A stretch of 64,000 bases of DNA from assembly GCA_028710985.1 (NCBI GenBank), contig JAQTTB010000001.1, positions 19,280 to 83,279 of the forward strand, given 5' to 3'. The translations under genes and the position numbers were made by a program. Each line of letters opens with the position of its first letter. Position 1 is the stretch's first letter. Below are positions 1-9,450 of this stretch, one piece after another. Under the pieces are notes generated by a model that had not been told where the DNA came from, did no database searches, and saw only the letters and a list, made by a program, of their open reading frames with translations. This DNA comes from Patescibacteria group bacterium (lineage in GTDB: Bacteria; Patescibacteriota; Patescibacteriia; JAHJFT01).

Positions 1-752
1 TTTGATGAAACCGCGCTTTTTTGCGTCCGCTCAACAAGAGACGCGCCGATTTTAAATCCGCGTGCCGCGAGCGCACTGTTCGCCAGTCCGCCCCCGAGTA
101 TGAGCCAATCCGCTTTTTTAACAAATTTTTTTATCAAATTAATTTTTGTGGAAATTTTCGCGCCGCCAAGAACCACAACAAGCGGACGCTTCGAACCCTG
201 TACCGCGCGCTCAAGATTCTCCACTTCATCCGCCAAATCAAACCCGGCATAACTCGGTAAAAACTTTGTCACCGCGGCCACACTCGCGTGCGCCCGGTGC
301 GAGGAGGCAAAGGCGTCATTCACGAAATAATCAAACGGTCGGGCGAGTTCCCGCGCCCAGTTCGCGCTATTTGCTTCTTCTCCGGCGTAAAAACGAATAT
401 TTTCAAGGAGCGTCACCTGGCCGTCCCAGGTTTCCCAGGCGTTGCCAAAAAATTCTGACCCCGGAATCGGAGCGTCGCAGAAATAAACTGATTTTTTTAA
501 AAGCTTCGAAAGCCGTGCTCCGATCGGCCGGAGCGAATATTTTGGGTTCCGCTTTCCTTCGGGCCTCCCAAAATGAGACACGAGCACCACGCCGCCGCCA
601 CGCGCTGTAAGATAACGAATCGTCTTAAGCGAACGCCGAATCTTAGTGTCATCCAAAATACGGCTGTGCGCAATCGGCACGTTGTAATCAACGCGAACTA
701 AAAAAAGCTCGCCCCTAATTTCTTTAATGTCCGTAATTTTTCTGAGTTTCAT
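1..752 (-). CDS. pgk: phosphoglycerate kinase, C-terminal end cut by window edge (absent from supplied ORF track)
   Basis: Own translation of the minus strand from ATG at 750-752: MKLRKITDIKEIRGELFLVRVDYNVPIAHSRILDDTKIRRSLKTIRYLTARGGGVVLVSHFGRPEGK..., open to position 1 (...KRPLVVVLGGAKISTKINLIKKF...ILGGGLANSALAARGFKIGASLVE). PGK N-domain and hinge motifs recognised by eye. Confidence 0.9.
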   Translation of the reverse strand, partial: MKLRKITDIKEIRGELFLVRVDYNVPIAHSRILDDTKIRRSLKTIRYLTARGGGVVLVSHFGRPEGKRNPKYSLRPIGARLSKLLKKSVYFCDAPIPGSEFFGNAWETWDGQVTLLENIRFYAGEEANSANWARELARPFDYFVNDAFASSHRAHASVAAVTKFLPSYAGFDLADEVENLERAVQGSKRPLVVVLGGAKISTKINLIKKFVKKADWLILGGGLANSALAARGFKIGASLVERTQKSAVSS

Positions 753-767
753 GCTGTTATTATATCA

Positions 768-1688
768 CTAGAAAGAGATATTCAAAACCGAAATTTCCGG
801 CGGATCAAAAAGCCTGGCTCTCGGCCCAATCTCTCCAAGTCCTGGTGTGACAAACATATTTTTGCCCTTCCACTCCAGGAGCCCCCGGGCATAAGTCCGC
901 GGCAAATCGGACGGCAATTCAACCACCGAACCGATATAAGGCAGCCTGATTTGACCGCCATGCGTATGCCCGGAAATCAGCAAATCAACTCGGAGCGGCG
1001 CCGGCAGATACCGCACCACGTCCGGATTATGGGCAAGTAAAATCACGCTTTGGCCCGGCCGCTGACCGACCAGTGCGCGGGTTAAATCCATGTTGCCAAA
1101 CCAGTAATCATCCACTCCGGCGATGTAAAATTCCCGACCGCTGATCTTTATCGTTGAACCCTGATTGCGTAAAAATATAATATTTAATTTTTGCAATTTT
1201 TCAACAACCCCGTCAATGCCCCCGCCCTGATAATCATGGTTTCCGGTAACCGCGAACACGCCGAGCGGCGCCTGGAGCTCTCCAAGTTTGGCAAATTTAT
1301 CAATCTGCCCATTGTCAAAAGAAATAAAATCGCCGACCAAAAAAATAATGTCCGGCCGCACGCGATTTACGCGACGCACGACATTGTCAATCAAATATTC
1401 ATCATTATATGGACCGAGATGAAAGTCTCCCAGCACCACGGCCTTAATCATATTCTCCCCGCTTCCGCTGCTGATCGGATAATCATAGTTGCGCGTCACG
1501 ATAAAACGCGGTTCAACGAAACTGCCATAAAAAACCGTGAGCCACGCAATTGCTAATGACAAAACAAAAAAATGAAATAACGCTCTTTTGTTTTTCTTTG
1601 CCCGATCGCGGAGCTCGAGAATACCGGCGCCCGAGGCGATCAAAAAAAAGAAAATTATTCCGTCAAATAGCAGATTTTCCCAACGCAT
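768..1688 (-). CDS. membrane-anchored metallophosphoesterase (calcineurin-like)
   Basis: 306-aa ORF with N-terminal TM helices, then MPE motifs GDFHLG, VGDFIS, GNHDY, AHNP, GHTHGG. ATG lies 3 nt after the gap stop. Confidence 0.8.
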   Translation of the reverse strand: MRWENLLFDGIIFFFLIASGAGILELRDRAKKNKRALFHFFVLSLAIAWLTVFYGSFVEPRFIVTRNYDYPISSGSGENMIKAVVLGDFHLGPYNDEYLIDNVVRRVNRVRPDIIFLVGDFISFDNGQIDKFAKLGELQAPLGVFAVTGNHDYQGGGIDGVVEKLQKLNIIFLRNQGSTIKISGREFYIAGVDDYWFGNMDLTRALVGQRPGQSVILLAHNPDVVRYLPAPLRVDLLISGHTHGGQIRLPYIGSVVELPSDLPRTYARGLLEWKGKNMFVTPGLGEIGPRARLFDPPEISVLNISF

Positions 1689-1691
1689 AAT

Positions 1692-2699
1692 TTATTTCCT
1701 GATCGCCTTACCGACAACTAGCGCCATTTCCGCGAGCCGGTGAGAATATCCCCATTCATTGTCATACCAGGCAATGATCTTTAAAAGATCTCCGTCAACA
1801 ACTTCGGTCAGGCTTAAATCAACGATCGAAGAATGATCGTTACCAATAAAATCCGACGACACCAGCGGCTCGTCGGTCACGTCAATGATGCCGCGGTAGT
1901 GCGGAGCCCCGGCCATTTTTTTCAAATGACTATTCACCGCCTCGGCGGTTGCTTTTTTCTTCAAGACGAAAGTAAAATCCGCGAGTGAAACCACCGGAAC
2001 CGGCACGCGAATGGACATGCCATCAAACTTGCCCGCGAGCGATTTTATAACCTTGCCGGTCGCGATCGCCGCGCCGGTTGTGGTCGGAATAATATTCTGC
2101 GGAGCGGTACGGGCGCGGCGCAAATCATTATGCGGACCGTCCACCAGCACCTGGTCCGAAGTCATTGCGTGGATGGTGGTCATATACGCCTTCTTGATGC
2201 CCCACTTCGCCTCAACAATCGCCGCAATTGGAGCGATGCAGTTTGTGGTGCATGAAGCATTATCAATTATATCTTCACCCTTATATTGATGCGCGTTCAC
2301 TCCCTGCATGTATGTATTCACTCCCTCGCCCTTGGCCGGCGCCGAAATAATTACCTTCTTCGCACCCGCGCTAAGATGCATCGCCGCCTGCTCTTTTGAG
2401 CGAAAAAAACCGGTGCATTCAAGCACCACATCAACTCCAAGCTTCCCCCACGGTAATTTACTCGGGTCCTTTTCCATGAATGCCCATACCTTCTTGCCGT
2501 CAACCGCGAGCGAATCCTTAGTGCTTGAAATCCTATGCCCCCATTTTCGATAAACCGTGTCGTATTTAAGCAAATGCGCCAGAGTCGCGGTATCAGTAAG
2601 ATCATTAATCGCCACGAACTCTATCCCCTTTTTGTCCCAGCCGGCCTTGAATGTTGTCCGGCCGATCCGACCGAAACCGTTTATTGCTACTTTTATCAT
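1692..2699 (-). CDS. gap: glyceraldehyde-3-phosphate dehydrogenase, type I
   Basis: 335-aa ORF with NAD-binding INGFGRIGR, catalytic-Cys motif ASCTTNCIAP and C-terminal WYDNEWGYS. Confidence 0.95.
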   Translation of the reverse strand: MIKVAINGFGRIGRTTFKAGWDKKGIEFVAINDLTDTATLAHLLKYDTVYRKWGHRISSTKDSLAVDGKKVWAFMEKDPSKLPWGKLGVDVVLECTGFFRSKEQAAMHLSAGAKKVIISAPAKGEGVNTYMQGVNAHQYKGEDIIDNASCTTNCIAPIAAIVEAKWGIKKAYMTTIHAMTSDQVLVDGPHNDLRRARTAPQNIIPTTTGAAIATGKVIKSLAGKFDGMSIRVPVPVVSLADFTFVLKKKATAEAVNSHLKKMAGAPHYRGIIDVTDEPLVSSDFIGNDHSSIVDLSLTEVVDGDLLKIIAWYDNEWGYSHRLAEMALVVGKAIRK

Positions 2700-2705
2700 A
2701 ATATT

Positions 2706-3326
2706 TTAGTTATTATTAATAAATGAAAAATTATATAAAACGTTATCGAAAATATCTTGAGAATCTTCGTTCAAAACCCGACTAATTAAATCAACCGACC
2801 ACAATTCGCCGTTCCTCAGGACAAATGCGCTCTGGATTACCGACCCGCCTTCCAAATCGGTTGAGGCTTGGATAATCACCGACGGCAAACCGCCGAGCGC
2901 CGCCGGATGGCGCGCGATGAGTGCATAGCTCGGATCGGATGATATATTCTGATTTAAATATTCGCTCACGTATTCATCGAGCCCTAAATCGGTCGTCACT
3001 TTACCCACCACGAGCCGCAAACCTCTCTCCCCCCGTTCCGGGGTCGTATTTGGATCCCAACTCGTGAATACCAAAAAATCCTCTTCTTGACCCTCAAACC
3101 ATTTGGACGGATGCTTAAATGAAATACTCTGATTTTTATAGCTCACAAATTCAATCGGTTCGAGCTCTTCAGATGGTTCCGAAACCGGCGCCTCGACGGA
3201 CAGGGGGGCCGGCAGCGTCTCCATGGCCGGCTCAAGGCGTGATTTTTGGAAAAAATAAAGACCCAGCGCCATGGCCAAAGCCAGGACGACGATGAATATC
3301 ACTCCGGCTCGTTCCGATCCTTTCAT
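2706..3326 (-). CDS. hypothetical membrane-anchored extracytoplasmic protein
   Basis: 206-aa ORF with one N-terminal TM helix (VIFIVVLALAMALGLYFF), an acidic Pro/Glu linker and a ~150-aa globular part. No family recognised. Confidence 0.5.
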   Translation of the reverse strand: MKGSERAGVIFIVVLALAMALGLYFFQKSRLEPAMETLPAPLSVEAPVSEPSEELEPIEFVSYKNQSISFKHPSKWFEGQEEDFLVFTSWDPNTTPERGERGLRLVVGKVTTDLGLDEYVSEYLNQNISSDPSYALIARHPAALGGLPSVIIQASTDLEGGSVIQSAFVLRNGELWSVDLISRVLNEDSQDIFDNVLYNFSFINNN

Positions 3327-3346
3327 AATGCATATATTTTATCATA

Positions 3347-3382
3347 AAACACCGCTATCGCATATACGCAATGGCGGTGTTT
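3347..3382 (-). terminator. rho-independent terminator after tsf
   Basis: 9-bp stem AAACACCGC/GCGGTGTTT (3347-3355 and 3374-3382). On the minus strand it is followed by UUUUAUGAU. It lies 25 nt downstream of the tsf stop. Confidence 0.6.
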
Positions 3383-3406
3383 ATTTATTTCGTATTTATC
3401 TATTAT

Positions 3407-3991
3407 CTATATCGAAATCCGACAAAATCGACGAATTTCCACTTTCTCCCCAAGCGTCACGATCCGGTCATTGATCAAGTCCGCAATCGTCTTATCTTCG
3501 TCCTTTATAAATACCTGGTTCATAAGGCAAACCTCGCTGTAATACTTGGCAAGCTTGCCCTCCATAATTTTATCCATGATTGCTTCGGGTTTTCCTTCGG
3601 CCACGAGTTCTTCGCGGTACATCTCCTTCTGTTTTTCCAGAATCTCCGCGGGAATATTTTCGGGCTTGAGATACAGCGGCTCGGTTGCCGCAACCTGCAT
3701 GGCAATGTCATGCGCCAGTTCTTTGAATATTTCGTTACGGGCAACGAAATCGGTTTCGCAAAGAATCTCAATCATGGCTCCGACCTTGCCGTTTGCATGT
3801 GTATAAGCGTGCACTATTCCTTCCTTCGTCACCCTTTCGGCGCTCTTTTTCGCCGCCTTGATCTGGCCTTTTTTCTTTAAAATTTTCACCGCTTCGTCGA
3901 TATCGCCAGCGGCTTCATCCAGCGCCTTCTTGCAATCAAGCATGCCCGCGCCAGTAATTGTACGCAATTTTACCACTTCTTGTGTTTCCAT
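3407..3991 (-). CDS. tsf: translation elongation factor Ts (short form)
   Basis: 194-aa ORF with the N-terminal UBA-like motif LRTITGAGMLDCKKALDEAAGDIDEAVKILKKKG. It directly follows rpsB, the conserved rpsB-tsf order. Confidence 0.9.
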   Translation of the reverse strand: METQEVVKLRTITGAGMLDCKKALDEAAGDIDEAVKILKKKGQIKAAKKSAERVTKEGIVHAYTHANGKVGAMIEILCETDFVARNEIFKELAHDIAMQVAATEPLYLKPENIPAEILEKQKEMYREELVAEGKPEAIMDKIMEGKLAKYYSEVCLMNQVFIKDEDKTIADLINDRIVTLGEKVEIRRFCRISI

Positions 3992-4012
3992 ATTTTTTAT
4001 TTTTATTAGTGC

Positions 4013-4732
4013 TTATTTTTTACTCTCCGGAGCCGCACCCCGCTTTGCCTCTTCCCGCCCCTCTTTCACCGCCTCGGCAACATACCGGGTCATGAGCTCA
4101 ATTGATTTAACCGCGTCATCATTTGCCGGTATGCAATAAGCAACGCCGGTTGGATCAATATTCGTGTCACAGAGCGCAACCAGTTTGACGCCGCGGTTAT
4201 CGGATTCGGCGCGCGCGGTTTTTTCGTATTTCAGATCAACCACGAAAATCGCATCCGGAATTTTATTGAGTTCCTGGATACCGCCGATTCTCTGGCGCAA
4301 TGTTTCAATCTCGCGCGCGAAAACCAATTGCTCCTTTTTTGTATATTTCTTAAGTTCGCCTTTTTCCTGGCGCTTCTGCAGATCACGGAACTTCCGGAGC
4401 AATATGAGAATCTCACTAAAATTCGTAAGCATTCCGCCGAGCCACCGCTCGGTAAGATACGGCGCCCCGCATTCAATGGCGTAGCGCTTCACGATATCCT
4501 TGGCCTGGCGCTTCGTGCCGAGAAATAGCACGACTCCGCCGCGCGCCACGGTTTGGCGCACGAAATCCAGAGCCTTCTCCAGGTATTTCTGCGTTTCCTC
4601 CAGATTGATGATGTGTACATTATTTCTCGCGCCGAAAATGTACGGTTCGGCTTTGGGATGCCATCGGCCGGTCTGGTGCCCAAAATGCACGCCGGCTTCA
4701 AGCATCTCCAATATTGTTGGTAGTTTTGGCAT
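4013..4732 (-). CDS. rpsB: 30S ribosomal protein S2
   Basis: 239-aa ORF: LLEAGVHFGHQTGRWHPKAEPYIFGARNNVHIINLEET..., plus a basic/acidic C-terminal tail. Confidence 0.95.
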   Translation of the reverse strand: MPKLPTILEMLEAGVHFGHQTGRWHPKAEPYIFGARNNVHIINLEETQKYLEKALDFVRQTVARGGVVLFLGTKRQAKDIVKRYAIECGAPYLTERWLGGMLTNFSEILILLRKFRDLQKRQEKGELKKYTKKEQLVFAREIETLRQRIGGIQELNKIPDAIFVVDLKYEKTARAESDNRGVKLVALCDTNIDPTGVAYCIPANDDAVKSIELMTRYVAEAVKEGREEAKRGAAPESKK

Positions 4733-4847
4733 ATTAAAAAAATATTCCTTTTTACCGCTGTCTCGGACTCGCTAAGGGGCCCCGTGGGGCAGGATCTTAA
4801 CTTACTCGCCCAAAACATGAGAGATTAATTAATTTAATTGTGGCTGT

Positions 4848-4876
4848 ATTATATATATAAGCCCCGACCCTGTCAA
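4848..4876 (-). promoter_or_regulatory. sigma70-type promoter of rpsB-tsf
   Basis: The minus strand reads TTGACA (4876-4871), 17 nt, TATAAT (4853-4848), about 115 nt upstream of the rpsB ATG. Confidence 0.6.
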
Positions 4877-4898
4877 GAGAGGGGTTGATATGTTAAAA

Positions 4899-4972
4899 TA
4901 GCTTGTAGGAAGTAGCTTGTAGCTTGTAGGACGCGACCTATTAAGATCCTACAAGCTACAAGCTACAAGCTA
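4899..4972 (+). repeat. hairpin built from tandem 7-nt AGCTTGT words in the leader of the 698-aa membrane-protein gene
   Basis: TAGCTTGTAGCTTGTAGGA (4913-4931) is the exact reverse complement of TCCTACAAGCTACAAGCTA (4947-4965), with a 15-nt loop. Extra word copies flank it (4899-4910, 4966-4972). It is preceded by an extended -10, TGTTAAAAT (4891-4899), and ends 2 nt before the ATG at 4975. Confidence 0.9.
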
Positions 4973-4974
4973 AT

Positions 4975-7071
4975 ATGCTCGTCACCCGCACAACCTATCT
5001 CATTACAATTGCCATCCTGATAGTACTGGAGGCCGTCTTCCAGCTATTGTGGCCCAGCCCGCTCTTCGGACTCCTGATATTTGCCGCCGGGCTCGGTCTG
5101 ATCGGGCTGGTTATCGGCGCGCGCCTCCTTCCGAACTGGCGCCGCGCCGAACAGGTGCTTTGGGGCGCAATGTTTGTTTTTTCAATGATTGCGATCGCGG
5201 TCGCGATTTTTTATTATTTCTGGTCCATGAATCCCTTGGCCCTCTCCCTCGCCTGGCTTCCGCCCGCGGTTGCCGGATTCTTTTCTCTGCCAACGCCGAT
5301 CATGATCAATGACGAAGAAAAGAAAAATTCTATTCTTGTAAAAATTCTTTTGGCCGCGCTTTTTATTATCATCACCGCCATCGTCCTCAAGACCGCCGAC
5401 CTGCTCTGGGATTCCGGCACGCTGGAAGCAATCCGCTCGCCATGGACCGTTGTTCCGAAAAACTTTTTTATTCTTTTTTATCTCGCCACTGCCGCCGCTC
5501 TTATCTTTCTCGCGAAATCCAAATCAACAAAATTCGCCTGGCTTACTGCCGGCGCTCTGACGTTCCTGTTTCTGGGCATCAATCTTTTTATTTACAAAAT
5601 CGGCTACGGCTTTGACCCGTTCATCCATCAGGCCACGGAAAAATACCTAGCCGAACACGGCACTATCACTCCAAAGCCGTTCTATTACATCGGCCAATAT
5701 TCATGGGTTGTGTTTTTAAATTACTTTACCCATCTCGGCATCAATCTGCTCGATAAGCTTCTCCTGCCCATCCTCGCAGCCGCCGCGCTGCCGGCCGCGG
5801 TCTATACCGGCCTGCGTCGGGGATTCGGTCTCGCGGAAAGCAAAAGCCGGCTCGCCGCGCTCCTCATCCTTCTCATTCCCCTCTCCTCAATGATCGCGAC
5901 CACGCCGCAGGGGCTCGCCAATCTTTTTACCCTGATAATCATTTTTCTTTCGCTCGCCCATCTCCGTTCCAAAACCCCGCCGCTCATACTTCTCGTTGTT
6001 CTTGCGGCCGCGACCGTGTTCATCCATCCGCTTTCCGGCATTCCGACCGCCATCTATCTCACCCTGATTGTAATAATTAAAATTAAAAAATCAAAAATCC
6101 GGATTCCGCTCGTTGCCGCGGCCGCGGGTTTAGGCGCCATTGCCCTACCCCTGCTTTTTATTTTGAATTCCCTGCTCTCCGGCACGGCGGTTGAAGCCAC
6201 TACCGCGATCCTCCAAAGTCCGGCCGTACTCTTTAGTAATCTCCAATTGCCGGCGTTTTATACCGCGAGCCACTTTTCAAGTATTTTGGATTTTATCTAC
6301 ATCTACGGATACAATCTCGCCTGGATTATTCCGCTCCTTGCCATACTTGCCATTATTTTTATCGCCCGCAAAAAAATTCCGTACTGGTGGCTCGCGCTCG
6401 TGATGTTTGCCATACTGCTGGTCAACTATTTTTTCTTACAAAATGCGGTTGAATTTTCTTTTCTTATTTCCTACGAGCGCGGCGCCTATGCCGAGCGCGT
6501 GCTTGCGCTCGCGCAATTTTTTCTATATCCGTTTTTCATTCTCGGCGTAATCGCCTGGGTTGGCCGGGCCTGGCGCGGACCGTGGGCCGTACGCGCGGTT
6601 ATTATTCTCTTTCTCGCCGCCTGCCTTAGCGCCTCCCTCTATCTCTCCTACCCGCGGCAAGACGCCCTGGAAATCTCAAAGGGCATTAATGTTTCAAAAA
6701 GCGATTTGGCCGCCGTGCAATGGGTTGAACGCGACGCACCGAATGATGAGTTCATCGCGCTCGCGAATCAAACTGTGGCCGCCGCCGCTTTGCATGAATT
6801 TGGATTTAAAAAATATTTTGGCGACAAATTCTACTATCCCATCCCGACCGGCGGCGAACTCTACCAGTATTATCTCAAAATGTCATATGAATCACCCTCG
6901 GCCGTAACCATGCGCCAGGCAATGGACTTGGTCGGAGTAAATTACGGATATTTTATCATCAACGATTATTGGTGGAATTCGGAAAAAATAATTGAAGATG
7001 CTAAACTCCAGGCCGGCTCGTGGCAGGAGATTGACGAAGGGAAAATTTATATTTTCAAATATAAAAAATAA
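4975..7071 (+). CDS. large polytopic membrane protein with C-terminal soluble domain (GT-C-like or polymerase-like; family not recognised)
   Basis: 698-aa ORF with more than 12 predicted hydrophobic helices, then a ~150-aa hydrophilic C-terminal domain (YPRQDALEISKGINVSKSDL...IYIFKYKK). No Shine-Dalgarno sequence is visible upstream. Confidence 0.6.
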   Translation: MLVTRTTYLITIAILIVLEAVFQLLWPSPLFGLLIFAAGLGLIGLVIGARLLPNWRRAEQVLWGAMFVFSMIAIAVAIFYYFWSMNPLALSLAWLPPAVAGFFSLPTPIMINDEEKKNSILVKILLAALFIIITAIVLKTADLLWDSGTLEAIRSPWTVVPKNFFILFYLATAAALIFLAKSKSTKFAWLTAGALTFLFLGINLFIYKIGYGFDPFIHQATEKYLAEHGTITPKPFYYIGQYSWVVFLNYFTHLGINLLDKLLLPILAAAALPAAVYTGLRRGFGLAESKSRLAALLILLIPLSSMIATTPQGLANLFTLIIIFLSLAHLRSKTPPLILLVVLAAATVFIHPLSGIPTAIYLTLIVIIKIKKSKIRIPLVAAAAGLGAIALPLLFILNSLLSGTAVEATTAILQSPAVLFSNLQLPAFYTASHFSSILDFIYIYGYNLAWIIPLLAILAIIFIARKKIPYWWLALVMFAILLVNYFFLQNAVEFSFLISYERGAYAERVLALAQFFLYPFFILGVIAWVGRAWRGPWAVRAVIILFLAACLSASLYLSYPRQDALEISKGINVSKSDLAAVQWVERDAPNDEFIALANQTVAAAALHEFGFKKYFGDKFYYPIPTGGELYQYYLKMSYESPSAVTMRQAMDLVGVNYGYFIINDYWWNSEKIIEDAKLQAGSWQEIDEGKIYIFKYKK

Positions 7072-7109
7072 AAAAGTACGAGTCGTCTATATGCAACCCG
7101 TACTTTTTT
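7070..7109. terminator. bidirectional terminator between convergent genes
   Basis: AAAAAGTACGAGT...ACCCGTACTTTTT forms a ~13-bp stem with one mismatch, an A-run on the 5' side and a T-run on the 3' side. It lies between the stop at 7069-7071 (+) and the stop at 7109-7111 (-). Confidence 0.6.
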
Positions 7110-8275
7110 TATTTTACCAACTCCAGCAATTTGCTGATATAATTTTCCAGTCCATATTCCGCCACCGTCTTCCGACAGGCCTCGCTCATGCCCGCAAGCC
7201 GCGCCGGATCCGCTATGAACGGCTTAATTTTCGCAAGCAGCTCGTCTTTCGCCCCCGGCGTAAAAGTCCACCCGTTCTCCCCTTGGCGCACGAGCTCCCC
7301 GGCTCCGCCAATGCGCGATACAAGCACCGGCACTCCGGCAGCCAGGCTCTCGGAGATTACGGCCGGCGAATTCTCGTAGCAAAATGACGGCACGATGGCG
7401 AGATCCGCCCCGGAAAAAAGTCGTCCAATCTCTTCACGCGGCCGCGGACCTAAAATATTTATTCGCGCATCGCCCGCGGCGATTTTTTTTATTTCTCCAA
7501 GATCCGAACCACCACCCGCAACCGCAAGATGCCAATCGCCGGGCAGATCCTTAAGGGTTTCAACCAGCCACCGCGCGCCCTTGTGTTTCTCAATCTGGCC
7601 GAGATACAGCAGATTAAGCCCGGGGTGCAATATTTTTTCCGCCATCCCTGCCAGGGGCGCGGGATTCGGCAAAACCTCAACGCGCGAGTCTTTAAAAAAT
7701 CCCTTATTTTTATAAAATTCCGCGAGCCAGCGCGACGGCGAAACAATGAGCCGCGGCGAACCAAAAAGCCGGCGCGAGTACGCTTCCCAGATCTTCCGCA
7801 CGAACGAACGCTCCGCCTTTGCTTCTTCCCCCCAGAGCATGAGTCCGTTCGGCGCAGAAAGCTGAATGTCGTGTGCCACGTGCACCCAGCGCTCGCTCTC
7901 TGCCTTGAGCGCCAAAACTCCGAGCATGCCCAGGCCCCTAAGATTATGGCTTACGATAAGATCCGGCACTTCTTCCCTAATCGCGCGCCGCATCATGCCC
8001 AAACCCGCAAGGCTCATGGCGTCCAGCGCGTGCCAGATCGCGCGCGCCGCAAAACCGTGCTCTCCGATATTTTTATACCAAAAAATATTAAGCGGAAAAA
8101 AGCGGCAAATTTTAATGCCATCCGCCTTGTCGCAGGCAAAACCGCGCGGACCGCTCGAGAGCACCGCCACCTCGTGCCCGGCATCGCGAAACCCGCGCGC
8201 CTGGAGTTCAGCCACCCGCTCGGCTCCGCCCCGCGCCTCGGGCGGATACAAATTTGAGACAATCAGAATCTTCAT
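7109..8275 (-). CDS. glycosyltransferase, GT-B fold, family 4-like
   Basis: 388-aa ORF with N-terminus MKILIVSNLYPPEARGGAERV and the C-terminal E-x7-E region CYENSPAVISESLAAGVPVLVSRIGGAGELV. Confidence 0.85.
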   Translation of the reverse strand: MKILIVSNLYPPEARGGAERVAELQARGFRDAGHEVAVLSSGPRGFACDKADGIKICRFFPLNIFWYKNIGEHGFAARAIWHALDAMSLAGLGMMRRAIREEVPDLIVSHNLRGLGMLGVLALKAESERWVHVAHDIQLSAPNGLMLWGEEAKAERSFVRKIWEAYSRRLFGSPRLIVSPSRWLAEFYKNKGFFKDSRVEVLPNPAPLAGMAEKILHPGLNLLYLGQIEKHKGARWLVETLKDLPGDWHLAVAGGGSDLGEIKKIAAGDARINILGPRPREEIGRLFSGADLAIVPSFCYENSPAVISESLAAGVPVLVSRIGGAGELVRQGENGWTFTPGAKDELLAKIKPFIADPARLAGMSEACRKTVAEYGLENYISKLLELVK

Positions 8276-9420
8276 AATTTAAAATATTGCCCACGCATCT
8301 TCCCGACGATTACCGGCCAGGTAAATTCCGCCTCAATCCTCTCGCGCGCCCGCTCCCCCATTTCTTTTACACTCTCCGGATCCGCGGCCATATCGTTAAT
8401 CGCCTTGGCAAGGCCGTTAACATCCTTCGGCGCCACCAGCGCGCCGGTTCTGCCGTCCTGCACCACATAGCGCACGCCCGGAAGACTGCTCGCGATCACC
8501 GGTTTTCCGCAGGCGCCGGCTTCGAGCGCCACGAGCCCGTAGGCTTCGGATTTATCAACCGAAGGAAATGTGAGCGCGTCGGCCAAATTATAATATTGCG
8601 GCAATTCGCGGTCATCCACTCCCCCGGCAAAAAATACGCGCTCCCCCAGGCCGGCGGAGGCGACGATCTGCTCAAACTCCGGCCGGCGGTCGCCGTCTCC
8701 CACGACAAGCAATTTAATCTTTTTATCTTTGACTGTCTTTACTGCCTCAATCAATTTATCCAGTCCCTTGAAATAATGCGCGCGGTCCAATCCGCCGACA
8801 AAGAGCAGGACAAAATCGCTGGCTAGAATATTATATTTTACGGCGAGCGTCTCCAGCCGGTGGCCGGGCGAAAAAAATTTCTCGTCCACCCCGAGATTTG
8901 AAACCACGAATTTTTCCGGATCCTGAGCCACGAATTTCGCCAGATCCCCGGCCTGGGCGTAATCAAGCGTGGATACAAAAACCTTATCCGCGGCCGCGAG
9001 AATCCGCCGCAAAAATAACCGCCGGTATAATCTGAAAAACAACCCTATTGCTCCCCTTCCTACCGTATCCATATGATACGTAACAACCAGTTTGTTCTTT
9101 TGTTCTTTTGTTCTTTTGTTCTTTTTCCAAAAAAGAGCCGCTTCCGCTCCGCCAAAAAACGGATAGTGCAAATGAACGACATCAAATCCGTCCAGCATGT
9201 CCGCAAGATGCGGCACCCAGGCGGCATTGCCGTAGCGGATGACCGGCTTAAGATAAATTACGTTAAAATCAAACTTCAGCCGCTCGGCTCCCCGGGGCGT
9301 CGGGCAAAACACCGTCACCTCGTCGCCGAGACGCGCGAGCTCGCGCGCGTGCGCGTATGCCACGTTGCCCATACCGCCGCGATAAGGAGGAAATGTCGAT
9401 GTGATTATCGCTATCCTCAT
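8272..9420 (-). CDS. glycosyltransferase, GT4-like, carrying an internal 8-nt x4 tandem repeat
   Basis: 382-aa ORF: MRIAIITSTFPPYRGGMGNVAY...KSEAYGLVALEAGACGKPVIASSLPGV. 4-nt overlap with the downstream GT4. Confidence 0.85.
   Translation of the reverse strand: MRIAIITSTFPPYRGGMGNVAYAHARELARLGDEVTVFCPTPRGAERLKFDFNVIYLKPVIRYGNAAWVPHLADMLDGFDVVHLHYPFFGGAEAALFWKKNKRTKEQKNKLVVTYHMDTVGRGAIGLFFRLYRRLFLRRILAAADKVFVSTLDYAQAGDLAKFVAQDPEKFVVSNLGVDEKFFSPGHRLETLAVKYNILASDFVLLFVGGLDRAHYFKGLDKLIEAVKTVKDKKIKLLVVGDGDRRPEFEQIVASAGLGERVFFAGGVDDRELPQYYNLADALTFPSVDKSEAYGLVALEAGACGKPVIASSLPGVRYVVQDGRTGALVAPKDVNGLAKAINDMAADPESVKEMGERARERIEAEFTWPVIVGKMRGQYFKL
9091..9122 (-). repeat. perfect octanucleotide tandem repeat (TTTGTTCT)x4; sense strand (AGAACAAA)x4
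   Basis: Four exact contiguous copies read directly (9091-98, 9099-106, 9107-114, 9115-122). They encode codons ~100-110 (KKNKRTKEQKNK) of the GT4 gene. The unit length is not a multiple of 3. Confidence 0.95.
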
Positions 9421-9450
9421 AAATTAATCAGCTTCGATGCCTTGTTTGGT

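Noticed and set aside
4733-4847. The rpsB leader as an S2 autoregulatory RNA element
   Set aside because: Only a small GCCC-CACG-GGGC hairpin and a GCGAGT direct repeat are visible. I cannot match them to the known (gammaproteobacterial) rpsB leader, so no call is made.
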